Assembly: GCA_002269645.1 (NCBI GenBank)
Contig: NIVC01001013.1
Location: 123,142 to 187,141, forward strand
Origin: Macrostomum lignano
Taxonomy: Eukaryota
Direction of reading: 5' to 3'
DNA length: 64,000 nucleotides
The translations under genes were made by a program, and so were the position numbers. The notes below the pieces were generated by a model. The model saw nothing but the letters and a program-made list of their open reading frames with translations, searched no databases and was not told the DNA's origin. Below, one piece after another: positions 1-12,053 of the stretch. Position 1 is the first letter of the stretch. Every line of letters starts with the position of its first letter.

Positions 1-1731
1 TTGATTATGAGTCTATGACTACATATGAATGATTAGGCCTATTATATTAATAAAAGCATACAAAAAAGACTTTCTAGGCTATCATACAAAGATTGAATTC
101 ACAAATGCATAAGGCTTAGTAACTTGAATTATACCTAGATATTTCTAATGCAATATTGGCAACTAGATAGGCCCCTAGTAGTAGCAACATAGTAGCAAAG
201 TAGGCAATCTTCTCAAATCGTTCATTTAATTATTTCCAGAATTATTTGGCCCTCTATTCAAGGGTGGTGGGGGGGTGGGGGTTGGAATTAAATGAACGAT
301 TCGAGAAGATAGCTGCAAAGTAATCTATTGAAAAGCTAGGGCTAAGGCCTACTATTTAAAATATTCAAGTGGGACACTAATGGCACTCAAGACACTGTCT
401 TTGATAAGTGGCCTAATCCATATACTAAAATACTCATTGCCATTACCAACTCTGTTTTTAATTTTAGCTAGGCCTAGGCCTAGTATTGATAATAGACTGA
501 CTAGGCCTACTACTATTTATTTAGTCAATAAAGCATTCTATACTGCATGTATACTGCATGTATGCATTTATACTTCTATACAGGCTTAGTTAGATGGAGT
601 GGGGGCTTTGCGTGCTTTCTGGGCATAAAAAGAATAAGAAAGGTGAAGTGACAAGCTTTTTATAAAAATAGTTGTCCAAGGATTAAATTAATTTACATTA
701 CTCTATGGTAAGGCTAGATTGAATAGGAAATAGGCTTGGCAAAGTTTGAAGTATCAAAATATTAACTGACCAATTTCAAAGGTTTAAAGCCAATAAGCCA
801 TGAGTGTCATGGTGCATGCATGTACAAAGGCCGAATCACTCAAAGCCCGAATAAAAACCTGTGCCTGTGGTGGTTTTTCTCTATGATTGTATTTGAAGTG
901 CGTAAAACAAAAAAATTAAGGTAGAGTTACTTTAACTGAGTGTTTATCTATGTTTTATCAATCTATAACACTAATTATAGTCTGATGTTTGAACGAAAAA
1001 ATTAGACCTTAATACCGTTTTTGTTTCAATTCAAATGTGCAGTTACTATTATTACTAATGATTTTTTCACTTCCATTTTTTTACTTTTACCGCTTTGTAA
1101 TCGATAGTTTCGTTTTGTACTTTTGTGTGCTTCAATCGAATTTGCATGAAGTCTGCTGATGTATTTGTGTTTAATATTTTAATGTTTATAATTTATGATA
1201 TATTTTTTTCAAGAAACGTATACACTGTGGACCGTGGCAAACAAAAATTAGTTTTGTAACCAACTACGTTATTTCTAAGTTGCTTCCTAAAACCTAAACC
1301 ACTATAAACTACAAACTACCAAGATTATTTAGTAGATCATTAAATCGCTTTGATTTCAATTTTAAAGTTGCGGTGTAGTTGCTCGTATAATCAATAGCTG
1401 ACACACCTGTGTTGGCATTAAATATTTACTAGGCAGGCAGCCATAGTTTTCTACAGTTCGACTAAAAATCAGTAATTTGTGCGTTTAATTCTGACTTTAG
1501 GTAATAGTAAACGACTTGAAACTGGTTAATGCATTTACATGTAATTTGGGAAGTGCATTTTTTCCCTATTCACAAATAGGGAAATATATCGTAGCTACAC
1601 ATTTATGAAAATAGTTTAGAGCGATTTCAAAATAAAGCAGCTAATCCATTCCACAAAAATTGTATCTAAAAATGCATATGCATAGTATTTTGTTGCATCT
1701 TGCATCTTGCATGTTTTTTCACTCATGAACA

Positions 1732-3093
1732 ATGCTGCAATTCGGGCATATGGCATTACCGGGCCCGCTGAAGCGATTTTTCTGTTCTATTGCAAATGCA
1801 ACGACTGTATTGTTAAATCCGACAGAAAGAGTCATAACCATAAAAAATGCTACGAATGAGGATAAAAAAATGCACTTTCCTCTGGCCTGGCTCCGCGACA
1901 ACTGTCCGTGCCCAGTATGCTATAGTGCTAGCTCCGAGTTGCGAAATCTAAAGATGATGGACTTTTGTCCACGAGTAAACGCTGTATCAGTTCAGATGAG
2001 CGAGCAAAGCGAGTCCATGACAGTGTCTTGGGATGATGGACATTCGAGCTCCTACCGTCTTGAATGGCTGCGCGCTGTAGCATTCGGTGCCGATACTGCT
2101 GGCCGGCAGCGTCCTCCACTGACCCGCAACCGACCAGTGCTTTGGTGCGATGCTTCAAAAGCCACTGCACCTATTTGGCAGCCTAAAAAGGTCCGCTTCG
2201 AACACATAATGAAGAGTGATGCAGAGCTACTACTAACTCTATTAGAGCTCGAAGAACGGGGACTCGTTCTGATAGAGGACTGTGGTGTGGACTCGAGGTC
2301 GTGAAAAATATTTGCAAAAGGTTATCCTTCCCTAGAACGACTCACTATGGCGAGACATTTGAAATGCGAGCCGAGGCGAAGCCCAGGAATCTGGTGAGTA
2401 ATAAAATGTCTTAATGATTTGTGAAGACTTTGGTCTCAAATCATGCCATTCCTCACATCTAAACGCTCAAAGGGTTACACAAGTGATAGACTGGACTTCC
2501 ATACGGACCTGCCATACATGCACGAGCAGCCGGGTGTACAGGCTCTACTATGTCAGGTGCAGGCTTCGGGGCCCGGCGGCGACAGCCTTTTTGCTGACGG
2601 CTTCTCAGCTGCCGAGCACATTCGACGGAGCCGTCCGGATCTTTTTCGCCTACTAACCACCGTGCCGGTTCGATTTCGCGATCGCGGCCAGCTCGCCGAC
2701 CGTCGATTTGATCTTGTAGCGACGCATGCGACAATTGAGTTGGACTGCCAACCAGACGGTGAATGGTGCTACAGACGGGTGCACTTCAGTAATCAACAGC
2801 GTGACCTACTTCAGGCTTGGCCGCTGGCTGATGTTCAGTTGATTTATGACGCCCTGAAGGCCTTCAACGATGTCATTGAAGGTCGCGATATCAGCAGTGA
2901 CAGTAGCAAAGTCCAACTACAAGTGAAGCTGCGGTCGGGCGAGATGGCTCTGTTTGACAACTCGCGTCTGCTTCACTCACGGACAGGATTCAGCGGAGAG
3001 AGGCAGCTGGCTGGAGCCTATCTGCTCTGGGATGAGGTTCTATCGCGCAGGAGGACGCTCGAGTCGCAGCTGCAAATTGGGCGTCAGGATTAG
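1732..3093 (+). CDS. BBOX1: Gamma-butyrobetaine dioxygenase (Fe/2OG oxygenase, carnitine biosynthesis); 2 exons, apparent 1-nt frameshift near 2296
   Basis: N-terminal Zn-binding motif FPLAWLRDNCPCPVC...GHSSSYRLEWL. After a frame change at ~2296-2301 the sequence reads VKNICKRLSFPRTTHYGETFEMRAEAKPRNL. A phase-0 intron 2394-2472 (GTGAGT...AAAG) joins to GYTSDRLDFHTDLPY (HxD) ... FDNSRLLHSRTGF (distal His, Arg). Confidence 0.9.
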
Positions 3094-3779
3094 CTGGCAA
3101 AGCAACGAATTTAATTAAAAATATTTCAGGTCCAGCTCAGCTCCCGATCCAAATCCCATGCGCAGATGGATTAAAAGCTGTCAAAAATAGGCTCAAAGCG
3201 GTTTTAGAATTTCTGCTGCAATTTTTGTGCACTGAGTAGAAACAGATCTGCTTTGATGTGCACTAATAAATAAAATTATTGACTTAGTCTGTTTTTCACC
3301 TTAAGTTTGATTGGTATGCGATATATTTCAAAAGCTTGATCGAGGGTTAATCAAGCAAAAGCATCAAAGCCCAGCGCATTGCTGCTTTTTTTTGCACTGT
3401 ACTGAAGTATTTCAATTTAACTAGATTGCATTGTATTAGAATTTGTTAATATTTTTATTAGACATGATTACTTCCACAGTACAGGTAAACTGTTGCAAGC
3501 ATAAGCCCTGAAAGATTATAGTCACGATCTTCAGCGCAAGGGTAACGGCTGAGCGCTGCTAAACTTATCTGTACCATTTCGGCTTAATGGTCGGACTGCT
3601 CTACATGTACATGCACGCGCTCGGAGCTCTAGCTAATGCATTCTCTTATCAGGTGGTCCTGTGTGTTCGTGGCAATCTTCCTTTCAATGAATTTTCACTC
3701 ATGCAGCTAGCTAGTTCGCATTCGCTGGCTAGATCGACATGATGCCGATTTCGATTACCTATTTAGAGCAGGGGTCGAT

Positions 3780-3982
3780 CTCTCTCATCTCTGAACTCTC
3801 CCCCTCTCTCTTCTCTTCCCTCCTTCTCTCCTATCTCCTCCTCTTCCTTCTCCTCTCCCTCCTCTTCTCTCTCCCCTCTCTGTTCTCTTCTCCATTCTCT
3901 CCTCTCTCTTCTATTTTGTCTCACCTCTCCCCTTGTCTCCTCTCTTCTACTTCATACCCTCTTCCCCTCTCTAACCCTCCTC
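3780..3982. repeat. CT-rich low-complexity tract
   Basis: Nearly pure C/T run (ctctct/ctcct). Confidence 0.85.
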
Positions 3983-4514
3983 TGGCCCGCAGTTATGTGC
4001 TAAGTTTTCTATTCTGGCCCTTGAGATAAAGTTTGTAGAATAGAGAAGCAAATTTTATTTTGCTTATCTTAGAGAATCGGCCATTGGAATCGTTTTGAAT
4101 TCGATAAATAAAAAAGAATGCTGGTATTCCAAGGCACAAAACTACTCATTTTTAAGCCAAAAATTTCAGCAAAAACACCCGCAAAGCGTTTCTGCATAGG
4201 CGAACTGTGCTCAACTGTATTAACTCAAAATTATGAACTTCTCGCAGCAAAGCTGCAACAAATTCGAACTGTCCTTTAATTTGCTTCGCAATTTAAACAG
4301 TTAAAAACACGGCCGCAAAATAACATATATGCGCTACTACATGCCCATGCGTCAGCGATTCAGTTTATTGGATAGCTCTATTCATTTTTGTAAAAAGAGT
4401 CTTTTTTAGAAAAAAAGAGTTTGAAGTAGCTCGAATTTTTATGTTTTCTGCACAAATGTCCTAAGCTAAAAATTCCTGAAAGATACGAGCTACTACGAGT
4501 TCCTAAAGTCATCA

Positions 4515-4940
4515 TCAATTGTTTCTACAATACGAAGCTCCCCGTCCTTCTTGAGTCGTCCTTGGAAGATGATGGCTGCTGCACTGTCACGAAATTACCT
4601 GCCTGTAGGTAGACACTCGCTGCAGCCTCAGCATGGAGTCAATGCTAGATGGCAGGTAAAAATCCACCACGCGATTATTGTGAAAGATGCTCTCGTCAAA
4701 CTCGTGACAGTCGTAGGTGAGCTTGTAGTCCGGCGCGTACGATATCTGGTACTTCTCTTCCCTGCGTCTCTCCTTCATCTCGCGACGCTGCGTCTCCTCT
4801 TTGACAGTCTTGTCCAGCAGGAGGCTCCGCCGATGCTCCTCAAGCGCCTTCCAAGTCAGCAGCTGATCGTGCTGACTCTCGGAAATTTGTACCGAGCGAC
4901 GACTGGCTCTGCGTCCTGCGGGCGAGAATATGCTGGGTGC
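4515..4940 (-). CDS. Putative exon(s) of an unidentified gene (charged coiled-coil segment)
   Basis: Open frame from the acceptor-like ttag at ~4941 reads ...ALEEHRRSLLLDKTVKEETQRREMKERRREEKYQISYAPDYKLTYDCHEF... to the donor-like cag|gtaatt at ~4599. No family recognised. Confidence 0.35.
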
Positions 4941-5149
4941 CTAAGGTAGAGTTGGAAGACGCCTAAATGAAAAACCATGCACAATCGCACATAAAAGATC
5001 AATTTTCAAATAAAATTCGTTTGCAATATTGGGGATTATTCTTTTTTCAGCACAATAAGTAAAATACCAGCAAAATAATACCTCTGATTTGCATGGGATC
5101 TGCGGCAATCGTGATCAAATTCAGTTAAGCCGTTCAATATCTAGAAAGT

Positions 5150-6125
5150 TACAAACAGAGAGGCTCATACCTTTGACATTGAGCTTCTTCCATGGAGGTA
5201 AGATGCTCTTCCAGGAAAGTCTGCACCTCGGTGAGAACACCTCGGTTTTCCATGCCGAAATTTGCGCCATTGAGCAGTGCGCCCAGCACCTGCTCCAGGC
5301 GAACATTGATAATTTTAATGTTCATTTTTACACTGATAGCCAAGCCGCTATCAAGGCCTTAACCACCAAAAAAAGTTTCTGCTGCTACAGTATCTCAATG
5401 CCACCGCAGTGTGCAATCCCTCTCAGTTCTTAACATGATTAGAATTATCTGGACACCTGATCACAGCAATATCCTAAGCAACGAGCTCGCGGCTTCTCTC
5501 GCCAAATAGGGCAGCAACCCAGACGGCAACCACCGTCTGATGAGGCTACCCATTCCCAGGTCGCAAGTCACCCGCCATATCAACAGGTGGCTCCACCAGC
5601 AACACCATTTCACTGGAACAGTTGCACCGACCACAGGCAGATCCGCTCTGCAATGCAAAACCTGAACAGAAAAGTCCTTGAATATCTGATATCACTTAAC
5701 AGAACCGACCTCAGGGAGATGTGCATGGTCCTAACCGGCCATGGTTTCTTCCAGAGACATATCTCGTTGCAAACCGGTTTCCCTACCACGTGTCCTTTCT
5801 GTGGCATAGGAGAGGAGACCGCGGAGCATCACGTCACCTTCTGCCCTTACTTTAATAAGGCGCGGCACAAATACCTCTGCCACCCCCCAGCGGATGGACG
5901 AGCTGACCACCCCGGACAACATCCGTGACCATTGCGCCTTCGTCCGAGATTCCGGCCGGATGAGGGTCGCCGATGCTTCCTTTGCGAACCTGCCAACTAC
6001 TGGCGGGGGCTGGGCGCACCCCCAGGGTTAATCCTTGGTCTCTTTTACCTTGGGGTTGCGATCGGGGCCTCACGGCCTATTCGCGGCGCGTGCGCCCCCG
6101 TCAGTAGTAAGCATGTAAGTAGACA
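5150..6125 (+). mobile_element. 5'-truncated, decayed non-LTR retrotransposon (RNase H + C-terminal CCHC knuckle; I/R1/LOA-like group)
   Basis: [13 protein letters not shown]...[14 protein letters not shown] (RNase HI), degenerate [20 protein letters not shown], then [11 protein letters not shown]...[21 protein letters not shown] (CX2C...H...C). Contains frameshifts and stops. Confidence 0.85.
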
Positions 6126-6988
6126 TTGAGCTAGTACCTCGTAATATGTGGATTTGACAATATCTGAAATTCTGAACTTCCGGATTTGCAAGCACAGCGA
6201 GTGCAAGTATGCCTTTTCTGAGTTTGGTTCACTTTCAAGGCAGGGATGCTTCGCAGTACGGCTCATTTTCAAGTCTAAAGTAGAGCTTTTGTCTCCTCCC
6301 TCAACGATCTGTCAATCTTCACTTTAAAAAGCAAGAAAAGTGCTAGCTACCCAAGCGTTTATAAAAACCGAAGGGCGAGGACAGCTCCAATGTTTTTTTC
6401 CCATCAGACAGTCAGAATTGCACGTAGAGTGCAACCTGCTAAGAGCTATATCATAGAAAGCAAGGAGCCCATAAATTTTTATTTAAGTGCATGATGTTGA
6501 TTTTGACTTCTCTGACATTCAGACACGTCTGAGTTGACGAACTCGTTAGCTAAGAAAATTAAACATCATCATGCTGGCGTTGACTTTTTTACTTACCTTT
6601 TTTCTACAAGCATTCATTAACTGATCTCATCTACAGGGAGAAATAATGTCTGTATATAGAGAAACTGCTTAGCCCCTTGTGTCAGTGATCCCATTGAACG
6701 AATACGACTTATACAAACTGGTAAATAATACTGGAAAGTTACAAAAAATTTCTTAGTCTCTGAATGACATCAGACTATTATACTTTGCATTCGATGTAGT
6801 AGTCAATATACTGCCTAGACAATTTCGGCATCTTCTCAAAGCAATTGACTCTTGCTAACTGTCATTAAACGTACTTTTCCGGTTCCCTCTACACCTCACC
6901 ATTATCCGCACTGAAAAAGCGGAGAAGCAGCAATCCTTAGCGGCAATAATTATAAGAATTAAACACAAATGACAAAGAAATATTGATA

Positions 6989-8350
6989 CTAACGCGAAAT
7001 ACGTCTGGCCTCCATATGCAGCTGGGTGAGGATGGCGTAGTCAAAGTAGGTCAGCGTTGGCTGCTTCTCGCCCCAAGTCTCATCCAGGTGGGCGATCTCG
7101 TCCGAGCATGGGCCATGCGGCGTCTCAAAGTGATTCCATTCTCGCTTGTACACGCTTAGATCGTGGTCGGGCCTGAACTGGCGAAGCAGCTGCACCGTGT
7201 CACTCAGGCTGCAGTTCGATACCGTTGTCAGATAGAAGGCAATCAATAGATTGCTCAGTGGCAGTGAGCGCGGGCTGTGAACCAGCAAATTGAAGCCGTT
7301 TTTCTGCAACAAAACGTAACAAATCTTGTTAATGAGGCTAGCGGAAATTTTTGGCCTCTTATGGATTATCAAAAGGATGGTGTCTAGGAAAGCAAGGAGC
7401 CAGGTCACGTGGACGAATTGCGAACTCACTCGAACAACTCAGCCGTAATAAATATTTTTACCTCAGATCTGATAGAGGCCTCATATTTCACTGCTTTATC
7501 ACGCGCATTTCCGTTCCATCAAAACATTCAATTAGCAGATTCGTTAGTGAATTTTCTTTGTATCCAAGCATTCCTGTTTTTGGCAAGAAATAAAATACCA
7601 TTAGGGCCCAAAATATGGAATTTGACTGCTTGATTACGAGCTACATTGATAAGTTCCTGAGAGTAAGAAAAGCAGCGAAAATGACAACAGACAGCATAGG
7701 TTGATCTCATTTTCCAGTAGCTTCCCAAGTTCAAAGTCGAGAAAAGCGACTGTCAGAGCCGCTAAACAAAATCTTTTCGTCTCTTTTGTCGATCAGTTTT
7801 CATGTAACTTCTTTGACGCATACAATTTTCTACCTTCTAATGCACACGGTTGCGTTTTTTGCCTCAAAAAGAGCAGTGATTTCTTCTGGATCGTCTATAA
7901 TTTTTCTTATATGATAATTCATGGCCAAGCGAGCTGTGCAATCTAAATAATGATAGTGTATTTATGACCGTTCCCAGATGCTACTCAGTAATGGTGAAAC
8001 TATACTATTAACAAGAGGCCTGAATAACGAAGCACCAGTGATTTACGCAAGCTGTTCCAGCATAGTTTATTAGAGATATTGGGAATCAGCCTGTGCGTGG
8101 GCAAACTTACTCTACAAAAGTGAATATATTCGTTGCACTCCTCCACCACCTCCAACAAAGTGTCGGTAACGAAGACATTCTTGCAGCCCAGTATCAGCCC
8201 GCCGAACCGGATTCGTCTCTCCCTGAGATTGTAGGCATGGCTGGCACCGAGAAGGTGGGTCACACCGTGCTCCCGCAGTAGATCAGAGTTCTCCGTTGCG
8301 CTGCTGGAGCCGAGGAACACGTGCTGAATTACTTCGATGATTGAGTCCAT
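6989..8350 (-). CDS. Atypical dual-specificity phosphatase-fold protein, predicted catalytically inactive (184 aa, 2 exons)
   Basis: Exon 1 8350-8111: EVIQHVFLGS...LREHGVTHLL...VTD...VVEECNEYIHFCR|gtaagt. Exon 2 7303-6989 after ttgttgcag: KNGFNLLVHSPRSLPLSNLLIAFYL...SLSDTVQLLRQFRP. The intron is phase 0 and the exons align with the DUSP pattern LVHCxxGxSRSxxLVIAYL. Confidence 0.8.
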
Positions 8351-8614
8351 CAACTATCGCGCAAGATAACAACTAAGACGATGCTTCGTTTTCTAATTGT
8401 TGCACTTTTTACTCAATGATATAGCTATAGCCTTGTGCAGGACCATTGCTTATTAAATGACTATAATCATATACACTAATCATCCCAGTAATGGCCGTTT
8501 AATTAGGCTCTTCTTTTCCAGTGGAAGTCCCAGTCTATGGTAGATTTTTAGTCAATCCGATTTTCAGGCCCGAAAACTCGGACTGAGAAGTCCTAAAAGA
8601 GAACTGAAAAATGA

Positions 8615-9260
8615 GTGTGTATTTGCTTGCACGGGCGTATTCAGCATGCCAGTGAAGTATGAGACAGACTAGGCCTATGGGCTAAGGTCTGCGATGCTCC
8701 ACGCCTGCCTCTATCTTCAGCATGTCAAGGCTGGAGGGAGGTCTGCACCCTCTATTTGCCGCTCGCAGCCGCAGACCCCCTCCCACGCTGTTTCGCAAGT
8801 CGACCCAGGGGTACCCGTCCCCGCGAGTGTTCAAGGCAGACCCTAGGGCTGCCGGACAGACTGGGCTCCGGCGCTGGGGACCCATCCAGTGGCTTTTGCC
8901 AAACTTGGGTATGCGGGTCTGGCTGCCAGTCCGCATGCCGTGGTACTGCTCAACGTACCCTCTAATGCCTAAGGTGTTTGACCGTGCCGATGGGCTGGAA
9001 GATCAGGGAGTAGTCCAGTCGCAAGCGGTCCCCCTCCTGGTGTCGGGCCAGCCTTGAGGGTTCTTTTGGCCTACTGCCCGGTCAGGTGGAGCGGGCGGGT
9101 GGGTACAGCGCCCCTTCGAGGGTAGCCATCAAAACCTTTATCATGGCCTTCGAGCCGACTATGGATAAAAACCCTATCGTCCATAGCGACGCGTTGGCCG
9201 TTCGGGGATTAGCGGAATGGGCGTTCGCGCCTTCCCGCTGTGCCCCCCCCGGGACAGCCC
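8615..9260 (+). mobile_element. Highly decayed non-LTR retrotransposon remnant (post-RT/RNase H region)
   Basis: Fragments CTGVFSMP (xTGAFxxxP-like) and VAIKTFIMAFEPTMDKNPIVHSDALAV (RNase H AI...IHSDS-like) with stops and frameshifts. Confidence 0.35.
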
Positions 9261-9307
9261 TGCAGCTAAGTCAAGTAAGTCAAGAGTGTGTATTTAAAGC
9301 TTTTAAT

Positions 9308-10367
9308 CAGGGACTACTCAATTCTGGGGACGGGAAACGGCCAAATCATGCAGAAAAAAGATGGAGGCCGATTTTCTCTGTTCTCTGCTGATCTTATGTT
9401 TTATCGCAAGAGCTTCAGCTTTTCACTATGTACACAAAATTTATCCCTCTTCAACTTCATGTAGCCTGTTTCTACTCAAATAATTTCGGATAAATGCTAG
9501 AAGACATTTTATACAGTACCCCTTTAATACACAAACTCGATGCTTGATAAGCCAAGTGCATCTGTTGTAGAAGTCTATGGGAAACATTGAAGCAAGAAGT
9601 GAAAGCTTGTATTATGTGATGACCTATAAGGTAAGGACTGATACCATAGAATGCAAATAAATTAGTCAACTTTGACTCCTCTGTGAGTTAACTTGGCTGG
9701 GTAGCCACGACACGACAGAAATTTTCATTTGCTCTTCCTAATTTTGCTTTGCGTTTTTTCGCATTCATGCCAAGGAAATGCTGTGTGCAATCATGCAAGT
9801 CGAACTATTTGAAGGAAAAAACTTCTGTTAAAGTCTTTACTTTCCCAAACGACCCTATAGAGAAGGAAAAATGGCGACTGGCTCTACCAAATGTCATCAA
9901 GGTGAGTCGAGTAGTTAACTGGTAATAATGAAATTCGTGATTTTACTCTCTGCTGGGCAAGTTGGAGAGACCCAGAGCTACCCAGCCAAGTTAACTCACA
10001 GAGGAGTCAAAGTTGACTAATTTATTTGCATTCTATGGTATCAGTCCTTACCTTATAGGTCATCACATAATACAAGCTTTCACTTCTTGCTTCAATGTTT
10101 CCCATAGACTTCTACAACAGATGCACTTGGCTTATCAAGCATCGAGTTTGTGTATTAAAGGGGTACTGTATAAAATGTCTCCTAGCATTTATCCGAAATT
10201 ATTTGAGTAGAAACAGGCTACAGGAAGTTGAAGAGGGATAAATTTTGTGTGAAAAGCTGAAGCTCTTGCGATAAAACATAAGATCAGCAGAGAACAGAGA
10301 AAATCGGCCTCCATCTTTTTTCTGCATGATTTGGCCGTTTCCCGTCCCGAGAATTGAGTAGTCCCTG
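9308..10367. mobile_element. Non-autonomous foldback DNA transposon with ~400-bp TIRs and an internal THAP exon (P/Galileo-like)
   Basis: Termini CAGGGACTACTC...GAGTAGTCCCTG. TIRs 9308-9705 and 9977-10367 are near identical (one 7-bp indel). Exact 8-bp TSD CTTTTAAT at 9300-9307 and 10368-10375. Confidence 0.9.
9767..9901 (+). pseudogene. THAP zinc-finger first exon (truncated transposase N-terminus)
   Basis: MPRKCCVQSCKSNYLKEKTSVKVFTFPNDPIEKEKWRLALPNVIK|gtgagt carries the THAP signature M-x-x-x-CxxxxC...FxFPxD...W. The remainder is deleted. Confidence 0.85.
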
Positions 10368-11390
10368 CTTTTAATTAACAAAATAAAGTAGGCTTCTAGC
10401 AAAAACGGCATGGTAAGGAACAGCAGCCAGCAACTTTCGCTGGGCGTCGTCAGAAGACACGATTGCAAAACGACTACGAGCTATAAATGTGGGGGCTTCG
10501 CCCTCACGCCCCCCAGTGGTGGCTTTGTAACTAGGGATGAAATTTTATCACACCCTCCTAAAAATAGTTCTTTGATCGAACGTCCGCGCATGCTTCGCCT
10601 CGTCCTGAGAAGCGCCTCCTGTACGATGTTCTTTTCCATAGAACAATTTTTATGGAAGATTTTATGGGTGTGATACTGTACACATAACTCGCTATAACTG
10701 TGGGAAATTCAAGCACCGGGGGACACTGTGGCACTCTATGGTGCAAACCCGTGGCTTTGCTGACCAGTTCAACAAACGGACTCAGGAAACATGAGCGATG
10801 ACGAGGACGAGCCTTTTGAGGAAGATGAAGAGCTGTAACAGCAGAGGGCGCCCTGGAAGAACAGAATTAGACAGCACGTGGTCCATTCAACAAGGTAAAC
10901 AAAATGAACGGTACAATTTGATTGCAAATTCGATCGAGAGAGGAGACAAGTGTTTCGCAAATTTTAAGTTTATTGAAGGTGAACGGCGCCGCAAATTAAC
11001 GGGCCGTCGCGATCTTCGCCAACGAGACAGAGAATTACGGAGGCAACTGCTGAAGTCACGAAAGCCAAGTCTTCCTTCCTATGCGCTTCGTTTCCTTCCT
11101 CGTTGCATTGCTGGAGAAAGAATCCTCCATCCGGAAAAAAGTGAGACGGTGACTAAGGATATGCCCTGTTTACACTGTCTTGACTTATTAGTGTCAACCT
11201 GAACTTCTTCCAGTTTTGCCCCGTCTAACACTGTTTGACAGTTTTATGTCTTGCTTCCGTAGGAGATGAATCCCGCCATTCCCTCTTCGCCGTATCCGGC
11301 TGGATACGTGCTCACACGCTTGAGCCCACCGAAAACGGCTAAGATTAGCAACCCCTCTCTTCGATCCTTCATTCTCATACTAGCATACTT

Positions 11391-12053
11391 CCAAGCATTT
11401 GACTGCCACCATTTGACCTCCAAGCATTTGACTGCCACAATTTGACCTCCAAGCATTTGACTGCCACGATTTGACCTCCAAGCATTTGACTGCCACGATT
11501 TGACCTCCGAGAATTTGACTGCCACCATTTGACCTCCAAGCATTTGACTGCCACAATTTGACCTCCGAACATTTGACTACCACCATTTGACCTCCGAGAA
11601 TTTGACTGCCACCATTTGACCTCCAAGAATTTGACTGCCACGATTTGACCTCCGAGCATTTGACTGCCACCATTTGACTGCCACCATTTGACCTCCAAGC
11701 ATTTGACTGCCACCATTTGACCTTCAAGAATTTGACTGCCACGATTTGACCTCCGAGCATTTGACTGCCACCATTTGACTGCCACCATTTGACCTCCAAG
11801 CATTTGACTGCCACCATTTGACCTTCAAGAATTTGACTGCCACGATTTGACCTCCGAGCATTTGACTGCCACCATTTGACCTCCGAGAATTTGTCTGCCA
11901 CCATTTTGACCTCCAAGCATTTGACTGCCACAATTTGACCTCCGAACATTTGACTGCCACCATTTGACCTCCAAGAATTTGACTGCCACCATTTGACCTC
12001 CAAGAATTTGACTGCCACCATTTGACTTCCAAGCATTTGACTGCCAGCCATTT
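11391..12053. repeat. Minisatellite, ~29-bp unit CCAAGCATTTGACTGCCACCATTTGACCT, ~23 copies
   Basis: Visible tandem units built from two CATTTGAC-containing subrepeats. Confidence 0.95.

Noticed and set aside
2296-2304. Programmed ribosomal frameshift in BBOX1
   Set aside because: No slippery heptamer or clear stimulatory structure is present; a single missing G explains it more simply.
9472-10210. Two near-identical 65-aa ORFs on opposite strands (also the shared peptide at 23820-24146 and 25535-25750)
   Set aside because: They are mirror images caused by long TIRs, not duplicated genes.
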